The notes under the pieces were generated by a model. The model did no database searches. It had not been told where the DNA came from and was given only the letters and a program-made list of their open reading frames with translations. This document shows positions 12,722 through 23,202 of a stretch of 64,000 bases of DNA, one piece after another. The stretch's first letter is position 1. Every line of letters begins with the position of its first letter. Source of the DNA: Thermoanaerobaculia bacterium (GTDB lineage: Bacteria; Acidobacteriota; Thermoanaerobaculia; UBA5066); NCBI GenBank assembly GCA_963816185.1, contig CAWFJJ010000024.1:448001-512000 (forward strand), in the 5' to 3' direction. The position numbers and the translations under genes were made by a program.

Positions 12722-13780
12722 ATGACTAACGATTACAAGGGTTTGGACGCGAGGTCTCGCGAGGTTCTCGCCTCGGTGATCATCGCGTACATCGAGAGCG
12801 CCGTCCCCGTGTCGTCACGCCAGCTGACGAAGGGGGGGAAGTTCGGCCTTTCGTCCGCGTCGTTGCGCAACGCAATGGCGGATCTCGAGGATCTCGGCTT
12901 TCTCACGCATCCCCACGTCTCGGCCGGACGCGTGCCGACCGATCTGGGGTACCGGGCGTTCGTCCGCGATCTGCTGCCGGCGCAAGCGCCCAGCGAGACG
13001 GACCGCGCCCGGATCGCCGACGAGCTCTCGCCGGAGCCATTCGAGACGGAGCTCTTCCTGAAGGCCACGTCGGGTGTTCTCTGCCGTCTGACGGGCGAGG
13101 TGGGCGTCGTGACGGCTCCCGCCTCGATGAGCTTCGTCCTCGAGTCCGTGCACTTCACGCGTGTGGCCGATCGCAAGCTCGTCGTGGCCGAAGTCTCCGA
13201 CACGGGATTCGTGGAGAGCCGCCTGATCGAGACCCGGGAGGACTTCTCGCAGGCGGAGCTGGACGCCATCTCGAACCGGCTGACGATCGACTTCGCCGGA
13301 AAGAGCCTCGACGAAATCCGGGTCCTCCTCCTCGTCTCGCTGGGAGAAGAGAAGGTGCGCATGGATGGCGCGCTCGCGCGCGCCCTCGAGCTCGGGCGCC
13401 GGGCCTTCGCCGAGACGCGTTTGCAGGATGAACCCGTCTACATGGAGGGGACCGAGTCGCTGCTCGCCAAGCCCGAGTTCCGGAACGACCTCGAGGCCCT
13501 TCGGCGAATGTTCCATGCCCTCGAGGAGAAGGCCCGGCTCGTGAACCTCTTGACGGACTGCATCACGTCCGACTCTCTCGCGGTCGTCATCGGCTCCGAG
13601 AGTCCGTTCACGGACGAGACCGGCAGCGCCGTCGTCTCCGCGCCATACCGACGTGGAGACCGCGTCATCGGGGCGCTCGGCGTGATCGGGCCGCGCCGGA
13701 TGAAGTACGCGCGCGTCGTGCCGCTCGTGAACGAGCTTTCGCGTTACGTGAGCCGCCGGCTCACGGAAGGAGCGGCATGA
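12722..13780 (+). CDS. hrcA: Heat-inducible transcription repressor HrcA
   Basis: L..R...VL..I...YI....PVSS, LSSA.LRN.MADLE..GFL..PH.SAGRVPTD.GYR, G.LGVIGP.RM.Y; precedes grpE-dnaK-dnaJ. Confidence 0.95.
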   Translation: MTNDYKGLDARSREVLASVIIAYIESAVPVSSRQLTKGGKFGLSSASLRNAMADLEDLGFLTHPHVSAGRVPTDLGYRAFVRDLLPAQAPSETDRARIADELSPEPFETELFLKATSGVLCRLTGEVGVVTAPASMSFVLESVHFTRVADRKLVVAEVSDTGFVESRLIETREDFSQAELDAISNRLTIDFAGKSLDEIRVLLLVSLGEEKVRMDGALARALELGRRAFAETRLQDEPVYMEGTESLLAKPEFRNDLEALRRMFHALEEKARLVNLLTDCITSDSLAVVIGSESPFTDETGSAVVSAPYRRGDRVIGALGVIGPRRMKYARVVPLVNELSRYVSRRLTEGAA

Positions 13781-14511
13781 GCGGCCCGAGAAAGCCGCGC
13801 CGCGAGGACGACGAAATCATCTTCCTCGAGACCGAGAGCCGCAGCGACGTCGCCCGCGCGCTCGCCGAGGCCGAGCGCGCCGTCGAGGCCGTCGAGGAGA
13901 AGCACCGCAAGAGCGAAGCCGCGCGGCCGGTCGCCGTCGCGGCGCCGGAGCCTGCGCCCCAGCCCGCGCCGGTGCGGCCGGAGCCGCCCGCGCCCGATCC
14001 GCGCCTCGCCGTGCTCGAGGATCAGCTTGCGAAGGAGCGCGAGCGCGCGATTCGCGCCGAGGAGGACTCGGGCCGCGTCCGCGAGGCGCTGCTCCGGAAG
14101 TCAGCGGATTTCGACAACCTGAAGCGTCGGACCGAGAAGGACAAGGCCGAGTATTTTCGGTTCGCGCTCGCCGAGGCGTTCGCCGATATCCTCGCGGTCG
14201 TCGACAACTTCGAACGCGCGCTCGCGCATCGCCCCGACGCCACGGGAGACGAATTTCACGCGGGCATCGACATGATCGCGAAGCAGCTGGCCGATACGCT
14301 CAAGAAGTACGGCCTCGCGGAGGTGCCGGCCTCGGGGCTTCCGTTCGACCCGAACGTTCACGAAGCCGTCGTGCGCGAAGAGACGGAATCCGTCGCGCCG
14401 GGCACGGTGCTCGAGGTGCTCCAGAAGGGGTACGTTCTCAACGACCGGCTCCTCAGGCCCGCGCGCGTGAAGGTCGCGGCGCCCCGGGCTTTCGGAGACG
14501 TCAAGGCATGA
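13777..14511 (+). CDS. grpE: Nucleotide exchange factor GrpE
   Basis: ADFDNLKRR, VVDNFERAL, FDPNVHEAV, VLQKGY.L.DRLLRPARV.V. Confidence 0.96.
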   Translation: MSGPRKPRREDDEIIFLETESRSDVARALAEAERAVEAVEEKHRKSEAARPVAVAAPEPAPQPAPVRPEPPAPDPRLAVLEDQLAKERERAIRAEEDSGRVREALLRKSADFDNLKRRTEKDKAEYFRFALAEAFADILAVVDNFERALAHRPDATGDEFHAGIDMIAKQLADTLKKYGLAEVPASGLPFDPNVHEAVVREETESVAPGTVLEVLQKGYVLNDRLLRPARVKVAAPRAFGDVKA

Positions 14512-14526
14512 GCCAGGAGGCCGCAC

Positions 14527-16377
<1,851 letters not shown>

Positions 16378-16400
16378 TTCCCGCGCCGTAGCAACCTGCC

Positions 16401-17522
16401 GTGAGTACATCCCTTCGCGACTACTACGAAGTGCTCGGTGTGGGGCGAACCGCCTCGACCGAAGAGATCAAGTCCGCCTATCGCAAGGCGGCGCTGAAGC
16501 ACCATCCTGACAAGAACCCCGAGGACAAGAGCGCGGAAGAGAAGTTCAAGGCGGCGGCCGAAGCCTACTCCGTGCTTTCGGACCCCGAAAAGCGCGAGCG
16601 GTACGACCGCTTCGGGCACGAGGGCGTGAGGGGCGTGGGCGGGCCGGGCTTCGACCCGACTCAGTTCGTCGACTTCGCCGACATTCTCGGCGACCTGTTC
16701 GGCTTCGCCTCGGGTGGAGATGCGCGCGGAAGCCGGCGTAACGGAGAAGATCAGAAGGCCGAAGTGACGCTGTCTTTCGAGACGGCCGCCTTCGGCTCGG
16801 AAGTCTCGCTTCCGATCCATCGCTACGAGCGCTGCGATGCGTGCCAGGGACGCGGGGGCCGCGGCGGAGCCGCTCCCGTCACGTGCTCGACCTGCCGGGG
16901 TCAGGGCCGAGTCCAGTACCGGCAGGGTTTCTTCGCCCTCGCAAGGCCATGTCCCGACTGTGAGGGCGCGGGCGAGCGCGTGAAGGACCCGTGTCCCGAG
17001 TGTCGCGGCGACGGCCGCACGCGCCGCGCGCGAACGCTCACCGTGGCAATTCCCCCCGGCGTCGACGAGGGCGCGCGGCTGCGGCTGGCGGGAGAGGGGA
17101 ACGCGGGCCGGCGGGGCGGACGTCCCGGAGATCTCTACGTCTTCGTGTCCGTCGCGCCGCACGAGCAGTTCCGGCGCGACGGCTTCGACGTGGTTCTCAC
17201 GTGGGCCGTCCCGTTCCACCTCGCGGCGCTGGGCGGGACGCTGCGCGTCCCGACGCTCCACGGAGACGCGAGCTTCGACGTGCCGCCCGGCACGGCCGCG
17301 GGGCGCGTGTTCACGCTCAAGGGCAAGGGCATTCCGCGCCTCGACGGCCGCGGGAAGGGCGACCAGCACGTCCTCCTGACCGTGCGCGTACCGAAGAAGA
17401 TGAACGCCGCGCAGCGTGAGGCGATGGAGAAGCTCGCGGACGCGTTCGGGTCGGACTCGGGGTCGCCGACGAAGGACGAGAGGGGATTCTTCGATAGGGT
17501 GAAGGACTTCCTGGGGTCGTAG
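16401..17522 (+). CDS. dnaJ: Chaperone DnaJ
   Basis: [11 protein letters not shown] motif, four CxxCxGxG repeats, C-terminal domain. Confidence 0.97.
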   Translation: MSTSLRDYYEVLGVGRTASTEEIKSAYRKAALKHHPDKNPEDKSAEEKFKAAAEAYSVLSDPEKRERYDRFGHEGVRGVGGPGFDPTQFVDFADILGDLFGFASGGDARGSRRNGEDQKAEVTLSFETAAFGSEVSLPIHRYERCDACQGRGGRGGAAPVTCSTCRGQGRVQYRQGFFALARPCPDCEGAGERVKDPCPECRGDGRTRRARTLTVAIPPGVDEGARLRLAGEGNAGRRGGRPGDLYVFVSVAPHEQFRRDGFDVVLTWAVPFHLAALGGTLRVPTLHGDASFDVPPGTAAGRVFTLKGKGIPRLDGRGKGDQHVLLTVRVPKKMNAAQREAMEKLADAFGSDSGSPTKDERGFFDRVKDFLGS

Positions 17523-17579
17523 CGCGTTGCCTGCTGGCGTCCCGGCTTGTGTTGCGGCGTCTCTTCTTAGAAGGTGAAT

Positions 17580-18428
17580 ATGGCCGAGGCGAAGGTGGGC
17601 GCCGCACGCATCGAGATTCCGGCGGCCCAGCGAGGGTCATTCGAAGAAATGCTCTTCGAAGGAATGGGCGAGCTCCAGTTCTCCTCGACCGTAGCGCCGG
17701 ATGGGCGGCTCCTCCTCTGGGTGAACTCGTCGGACGCGGCGACCGCGCTGGCGCAACTCGCCGCACTCGGCGCTCGCGGCCTTTCCACTTTCGAAGAAGA
17801 ATCCACCGACTGGGTCGCCGAGTCCGCGGCCTTGAGGAAAGCCGTTTTCGTCGACCGCTATCTCTTCGACCCGCACGAAGGGTCGCTCGCCACCGTCCCA
17901 CCTCCCGGCGTTCGCAGGCTCTTTCTTCCCGCGGTCCGCGCTTTCGGGACCGGCTCGCACGAGTCCACGCGGCTCGCCGTGCGACTCCTTCTCTCGGAGG
18001 ACCTGCGCGGCACGCGCGTCCTCGACGTCGGCTGCGGCACCGGGACGCTGGCATTCGTGGCGGCGCTGGAAGGCGCGCGCCACGTCGTGGCCTTCGATGT
18101 GGACCCTGATGCCGCTTTCGCGACACGCGAGCAGGCGCGCGCGAACGGGATTCCGCGGGTGTCGGCGTTCGCCGGTCCCCTCGACGCGGTCCCGAACGGC
18201 GCCCGATTCGACGTCGTCGTCGCGAACATGATCCACGAGGAGATCGAACCTCTCCTCCCCGCGCTCCGTGTCCACCTCGCACGCGCGGGTCGGCTTCTTT
18301 GCTCCGGGCAGCTCGGCGAGCGGAGAGGGGAGTGGGAGGATTTGCTTCGCAAAGAAGGCTTCCGGCAGATTCGCTCCATTCAGGAGAACGAATGGCTTGG
18401 GAGTGCGTGGGTTTCTTCGAATGAGTGA
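17580..18428 (+). CDS. prmA: Ribosomal protein L11 methyltransferase
   Basis: AFGTGSHESTRL, VLDVGCGTG.LA, FDVVVANM; follows dnaJ; start may be GTG 17574. Confidence 0.88.
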   Translation: MAEAKVGAARIEIPAAQRGSFEEMLFEGMGELQFSSTVAPDGRLLLWVNSSDAATALAQLAALGARGLSTFEEESTDWVAESAALRKAVFVDRYLFDPHEGSLATVPPPGVRRLFLPAVRAFGTGSHESTRLAVRLLLSEDLRGTRVLDVGCGTGTLAFVAALEGARHVVAFDVDPDAAFATREQARANGIPRVSAFAGPLDAVPNGARFDVVVANMIHEEIEPLLPALRVHLARAGRLLCSGQLGERRGEWEDLLRKEGFRQIRSIQENEWLGSAWVSSNE

Positions 18429-19344
18429 GAACGCCCCCTCGCGTCCGCCGCGCGTCTACGTGCCCGATCTGGCGGAGCAGCGGGTGGAGTCCGAAGAGAG
18501 ACCGGAGAAAGAGATTTCTCTTAGAAAGGAAGAAAGAGACCACGTTCGCTCGAGGAGGCTGAGGGATGGCGACGAGGTCATCGCGCTCGACGGAAAGGGC
18601 GCCAGGGCGCTGGCCGTGCTCGCGAAGGGCGGCAGTGCCATCGCCCTCTTACCTTCTAAGAAGATCTTGTCTCCCTCTTCCTCCTCGTCCTCGGCCGCGG
18701 CCTCATCTCACTCATCACACCTGCCCGGCGAGCCCGCGAACCGCGTGATTGTCGCCCTCGCGTGCGCGGAGCCGGCGCGAATCGAATGGGCCATCGAGAA
18801 GGGCACCGAGTGCGGCGCGGTGGGCTTCGTCCTCCTCGCGTGCGAGCGCTCGCAGAAGGGCCACGTAGCGGCGCTCTCGTCGCCCGCCCGTCTCGAACGC
18901 CTGCGCCGGATCGCCGTCGAGGCGACGAAGCAGTGCGACCGGACGATCGTACCTTTCGTGGAGGGTCCGAAGAGCCCGGAAGAGTTTCTTAGAAGCGGAA
19001 GAGAGATGGGCTCTTTCCGCCTCCTAGTCGCAGACCCTTCGGGAACCGCGATCGAGAACTGGCCGGTGCCCTCTCGACGCACGCGCGTGCTGTCTGAGCG
19101 AAGCGAGTTCACGCGCGAAGGAGAGGGGGCTCCGGCCGGACGAGATCGCCAAACATCGGGTCCCGGGCCGCTCCTCGGCGCGGAAGAGACTGTGATCGCT
19201 ATAGGCCCAGAGGGCGGGTTCACTCCGGCTGAAATACTCCTATTCGAAGAAAAAGGCGCTCTTCGGACCTCACTCGGCGCACGCGTCCTCCGCCTGGAGA
19301 CGGCCGTGGTCGTGGCGCTCGCTCGGTTGGTCGATCCCCTTTGA
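18421..19344 (+). CDS. rsmE: 16S rRNA m3U1498 methyltransferase RsmE, with non-homologous in-frame insertions
   Basis: H...R.RL..GD.V...DG.G, EKGTECG, EATKQC.R, IGPEGGFT..E, SLG.RVLRLETA; follows prmA. Confidence 0.92.
   Translation: MSENAPSRPPRVYVPDLAEQRVESEERPEKEISLRKEERDHVRSRRLRDGDEVIALDGKGARALAVLAKGGSAIALLPSKKILSPSSSSSSAAASSHSSHLPGEPANRVIVALACAEPARIEWAIEKGTECGAVGFVLLACERSQKGHVAALSSPARLERLRRIAVEATKQCDRTIVPFVEGPKSPEEFLRSGREMGSFRLLVADPSGTAIENWPVPSRRTRVLSERSEFTREGEGAPAGRDRQTSGPGPLLGAEETVIAIGPEGGFTPAEILLFEEKGALRTSLGARVLRLETAVVVALARLVDPL
19061..19137. repeat. Palindromic repeat, family A, inserted in frame in rsmE
   Basis: 19075-19123 is the exact reverse complement of 32422-32470 (49 bp); closed by ggccgg...ccggcc arms. 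Confidence 0.88.
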
Positions 19345-19408
19345 ATCCGTTCCCGATCACACGACTTGTTTCGGTTAGGATTCCGACAGAGCGGCGACGG
19401 AGGGCTTC

Positions 19409-20356
19409 ATGAGCTTCGAAGACGTCAAGAAGGTCTGGATGAACGGGAAGATGGTGGACTTCGCCGACGCGAAGATCTCCATCTTCACGCACGCCCTTCA
19501 CTACGGATCCGGCGTCTTCGAGGGGGAGCGCTGCTACGACACGGCCCGCGGATCGGCGATCTTCCGGCTCGAGGAGCATCTCGACCGGCTCTTCTGGTCC
19601 GCGAAGATCTATCGCATGGTCATCCCGTACACGCTCGACGAGCTCCGCGAGGCGACGCTCGAGGTCGTACGCGCGAACGGATTCAAGGCCTGCTATATCC
19701 GTCCGCTCGTCTATCGCGGGTACGGCTCGCTCGGAGTCAATCCGTTCCCGAATCCGGTGGACGTCGCGATCGGGTGCTATCCGTGGGGCAAGTACCTCGG
19801 CGCGGACGCGATCGAGCAGGGCGTCGACGTCTGCTGCTCGTCCTGGATGCGCATCGCACCGAACACGATGCCGGCGATGGCGAAGGCCACGGCGAACTAC
19901 GCGAACAGCCAGCTCATCAAGATGGAGGCCATCACGAACGGCTACCACGAGGGGATCGCGATGGACCACAACGGGCGCATCTCCGAAGGGTCCGGCGAGA
20001 ATCTCTTCCTCGTGTGGAAAGGCCGCCTCTACACGCCGCCTCTTTCGGCCTCGACGCTCCCGGGCATCACGCGCCTCTCGGTCATCCAGCTCGCCCGCGA
20101 GCTCGATTTCCAGATGGAAGAGAAGACGATTCCGCGCGAGATGATTTACGCGGCCGACGAGATGTTCTTCACGGGCACGGCCGCTGAAATCACCCCGATC
20201 CGCTCCGTAGACCGGATCCCGGTCGGAAACGGCAAGCGCGGCCCCATGACGGAGGCCCTGCAGAAGGCCTTCTTCGACATCGTCGAGGGCAAGGTCGACG
20301 ACCGCTACGGCTGGCTGACGCCGGTGCAAGCGCCGGTGGCGGCGGGCGTGCGGTAG
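19409..20356 (+). CDS. ilvE: Branched-chain amino acid aminotransferase
   Basis: THALHYG.GVFEG, YIRPL, AKATANYANSQL, EGSGENLF, LPGITR, FFTGTAAEITP. Confidence 0.97.
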   Translation: MSFEDVKKVWMNGKMVDFADAKISIFTHALHYGSGVFEGERCYDTARGSAIFRLEEHLDRLFWSAKIYRMVIPYTLDELREATLEVVRANGFKACYIRPLVYRGYGSLGVNPFPNPVDVAIGCYPWGKYLGADAIEQGVDVCCSSWMRIAPNTMPAMAKATANYANSQLIKMEAITNGYHEGIAMDHNGRISEGSGENLFLVWKGRLYTPPLSASTLPGITRLSVIQLARELDFQMEEKTIPREMIYAADEMFFTGTAAEITPIRSVDRIPVGNGKRGPMTEALQKAFFDIVEGKVDDRYGWLTPVQAPVAAGVR

Positions 20357-20368
20357 CCCGAGGCAACG

Positions 20369-21157
20369 TCAGAGCGCGCCCTGAGGCTTGCGCCGGGTCG
20401 CAATCAGCTCGGCCATGATCGCGATCGCGATCTCCTCGGGGGACTCCGCTCCGATCTCGAGGCCGACGGGGCACTGCGCGCGATTCAGCTCGGCCTCGGT
20501 GAAGCCCTCGGCGCGTAGCTCGTCGAAAAGGGCCTTTCGCTTCGCCTTGCTGCCGATCATCCCCAGGTACGCGAGCGGGACCCCGCGCAGGCGCCGGAAC
20601 GCCCGTCCGTCCGTCACGTGGCCGCGCGAGACGAGGGCGACCGAATCGCGCGGAGCGGGAACGGGCAGATCCGAGTAGTCGTCCTTCACCTGTACGAGCC
20701 GCACTCCCGCGGGGAATGCCCGCGGTTCGAGCTGCTGGGACCTTTCATCGGCCACCGTCACGTCCCAACCCGTGAAGGAGGCGGCGCGCGCAAGAGCGCG
20801 GCCGCAGTGGCCGGCGCCGACGACGAGGAGATGCGGCGCGCGCTCGACGATCTCGAGAAGAACGGTTGCGGTCCCGCCGCAGACCGCGCCGAAGGAGTTC
20901 TCTCCCGTCGGCACGAAGTTGTAGTCACGGGTGAAAGGGAGCCCGTGGGAGTCGAGGAGCTTTCGCGCGTCGGCGACGACGAGCGACTCGAACTTCCCGC
21001 CGCCGATCGTCCCAACGGTCGAGCCGTCCGGGAGGACGAGCATGCGGGCCGTGGTTTCGCGTGGGGTGGATCCGACGGCGGAGACGACCGTCGCCATCGC
21101 GAGGCGCCCATGCAGCTCGAGAAGTTGCGGAAGTTCGTTGAAGATTCGATGACTCAT
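20369..21157 (-). CDS. xdhC: XdhC/CoxI family molybdoenzyme maturation factor
   Basis: GSTPR, GTIGGG..E, CGG, VGAGH, YLGMIGS..K, PVGL.IGA.SPEEIA. Confidence 0.92.
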   Translation of the reverse strand: MSHRIFNELPQLLELHGRLAMATVVSAVGSTPRETTARMLVLPDGSTVGTIGGGKFESLVVADARKLLDSHGLPFTRDYNFVPTGENSFGAVCGGTATVLLEIVERAPHLLVVGAGHCGRALARAASFTGWDVTVADERSQQLEPRAFPAGVRLVQVKDDYSDLPVPAPRDSVALVSRGHVTDGRAFRRLRGVPLAYLGMIGSKAKRKALFDELRAEGFTEAELNRAQCPVGLEIGAESPEEIAIAIMAELIATRRKPQGAL

Positions 21158-21180
21158 AAAGAGAAAGATGAATAAGGAGC

Positions 21181-21927
21181 TTAGAAGGAGGGAGAGCGAG
21201 GGCGTCGTAGGCCCTCAACCAAATCGTCAGGACGATCGACGTCCCGGAGGATCGACTCGTCGAACCCTTCGAGGCAGTGGACCGTGACGTCCGGCTCGTC
21301 GAAGATCTGGTTGAGCCGTGCGGAGTCGGGCCACGAGAGGAGACGCGAGCGCAGTGCCGCGGGAATCAGGAGCGGGTGGCCGCGGCGCCCCGCGTGCGTG
21401 GGGACGACGAGGCTCGACCCTCCCGCGTCGAGTGCCGCCGCCGCTGAAAGTATGGTTCGAAGAGATTCTCTGCTTAGAAAGGGAAGATCGGCGGGGGAGA
21501 TCGCGACGTGCGTCGAGTGGGCGGCCGTCGCGGCCAGGCCCGCTTTCACAGAGGAAAACATTCCCACCTCCCAGCGGGGATTCTGGACGAACCGGGGAGT
21601 GAGCGGCCGAGAGGGCGTTGTCAAGGGTCTTCGACCGCTGCGCGGCGCGCGGAGCGCGCCCTTGACAACGCCCTTTCGGCCACCAGGTTTTCCTATATCG
21701 GCGGCTGCATCAGCAGCCGCCGCATATGAGAAATCTCCGATTTTCTCTTGGATCTCTTCTGCATCCTTCCCAAGAACCACGAGCAGCTCGTCGAACCCGG
21801 ATGCGAGCCATGTCTCCAGCACCCTCCGAAGCAAAGGCTTTCTGTCCTTGCCCATCGGGGCGAGCATCTTCGAAGATCCGAAGCGCGTCGAGGCACCGGC
21901 CGCGAGAAGGACTCCGGAGACGAACAG
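21181..21927 (-). CDS. MocA/MobA-like molybdenum cofactor nucleotidyltransferase; probable CTG start; carries an in-frame repeat insertion
   Basis: GVLLAAGASTRFG..K lies in frame upstream of ATG 21867; N..W..GMFSSVKAGL, PADLP, G.RGHP, DVD.PDD. Confidence 0.85.
   Translation of the reverse strand: MFVSGVLLAAGASTRFGSSKMLAPMGKDRKPLLRRVLETWLASGFDELLVVLGKDAEEIQEKIGDFSYAAAADAAADIGKPGGRKGVVKGALRAPRSGRRPLTTPSRPLTPRFVQNPRWEVGMFSSVKAGLAATAAHSTHVAISPADLPFLSRESLRTILSAAAALDAGGSSLVVPTHAGRRGHPLLIPAALRSRLLSWPDSARLNQIFDEPDVTVHCLEGFDESILRDVDRPDDLVEGLRRPRSPSF
21605..21733. repeat. Composite palindromic repeat (hairpins B and C) inserted in frame in the mocA-like gene
   Basis: 21619-21666 matches 61913-61960 at 46/48; 21698-21727 is identical to 61992-62021 (30 bp). 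Confidence 0.9.
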
Positions 21928-21961
21928 CTCGATCTCGCTCTTCTCGGCCGCCTGCCGTCCG

Positions 21962-22195
21962 CTACAGCTGCGCCTGGAAGCAGGGCCGGCCCGCCCGGCA
22001 GTCGTCGAGCTCCGCCGGCCCGTCGTCGGGCCCGACGGGCCCCATCGTTTTCAGGCACCAGTAGGCCGCGCTCGTGGACGGGTATTCGGCGGCGTGCTCG
22101 TCCCAGTCCATGACGACGGACATCATCTTCGTGCGCAGGTGGCGGCAGCACGTGGCGGGGTCGGGCCGTACGTCGGGGAAAGCCGTGTTGCTCAT
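21962..22195 (-). CDS. Small Cys-rich hypothetical protein inside the molybdoenzyme operon
   Basis: 77 aa; ATGA overlap with the FAD-subunit stop; CCRHLRTK, YWCLKT, GPDD, C....PC. Confidence 0.75.
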   Translation of the reverse strand: MSNTAFPDVRPDPATCCRHLRTKMMSVVMDWDEHAAEYPSTSAAYWCLKTMGPVGPDDGPAELDDCRAGRPCFQAQL

Positions 22196-23202
22196 GCCTG
22201 TGGTGCCCTTTCGGTGCCGTCCGGAAGTCCCGCCGCGCCGAGCAGCGCGCGCCGGACGGCGGCCGAGACGAGCCTCAGCTTATACGCGTTCGACGCGAGC
22301 GGCGTGGCACCGTCGGTCGCGACGGCAGCCGCCTGGGCGGCCAGAGCGCCGTCGATGTGCCGGCTCTCGACGAGCGCCTCGGCCTTCTTGGCGCGCCAGG
22401 GCACCGGGGCCGCCGAGCCGATCACGATTCTCACGTCGCGGGCGATGCCTCCTTCGTCTCGGTACACGACGGCAGCGTCGGCGAGCGGCCAGTCGAACGT
22501 CTGCTTGTGCTTGATCTTGCGGTAGGCCGATCGCAGTCCGGCCCGCCGTGGCACGACGATGCGCGTGATGAGCTCGCCTTCCGCGAGCGAGTTCTCGCCC
22601 GCGAGGTCCATCTCGGGCGTGACGAAGAAGTCCGCGATCGGAATCGTCCGGCGCGACCCCGCGGAAAGGGTCTCGATCCGCGCCCCGTACGCCGCGAGCG
22701 CGACGCCCGCCGCCGAGGGGTGGACGATCGCGCAGGTGTGGTTTCCGAAGACGGCATGGAACGTGTTCTCGCCCTTCTGCGCGTAGCACTCGGAGCCGCC
22801 CTTTTTGAGGCACGTGAACTCGGCGGACCGGAAGTACCAGCACCGCGGGCGCTGACAGAGGTTGCCCGCGAGCGTCGCGACGTTCCGGATCTGCGGCGTC
22901 GCCGCGCCTTCACACGCGTCGGATAGGGCGGGGAGGTCGGCGCGCAGCCCCTCGGCGATGCGGGTCAGGGTGACGAGCGCGCCGATCGCGATCGTGGAAG
23001 GAGACTTTTCGATGCCGTCATGCCCGGCGAGCCGGCGGAGGTCGACGAGTCGATCCGGGGCGGCGGTGCGTTCCTTGAGCCGGTCGAGGATGTCCGTGCC
23101 GGCAGCCTTCGCCTCCGTGGCGATGCCGGCTTTTTTCGCGGCGGCCAGCGCGGTGGCCGCGTCTTCCCACGAGGTGGGTTGTACGCGCTCGAACGTCTTC
23201 AT
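22192..23202 (-). CDS. Xanthine dehydrogenase family FAD-binding subunit (YagS/PaoB-like, with Fe-S Cys motif)
   Basis: AAGTD.L, IGAL.TL, ATPQIRN.ATL.GNLCQRPRCWYFR, C.KKGG..C, HPS. Confidence 0.93.
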   Translation of the reverse strand: MKTFERVQPTSWEDAATALAAAKKAGIATEAKAAGTDILDRLKERTAAPDRLVDLRRLAGHDGIEKSPSTIAIGALVTLTRIAEGLRADLPALSDACEGAATPQIRNVATLAGNLCQRPRCWYFRSAEFTCLKKGGSECYAQKGENTFHAVFGNHTCAIVHPSAAGVALAAYGARIETLSAGSRRTIPIADFFVTPEMDLAGENSLAEGELITRIVVPRRAGLRSAYRKIKHKQTFDWPLADAAVVYRDEGGIARDVRIVIGSAAPVPWRAKKAEALVESRHIDGALAAQAAAVATDGATPLASNAYKLRLVSAAVRRALLGAAGLPDGTERAPQA

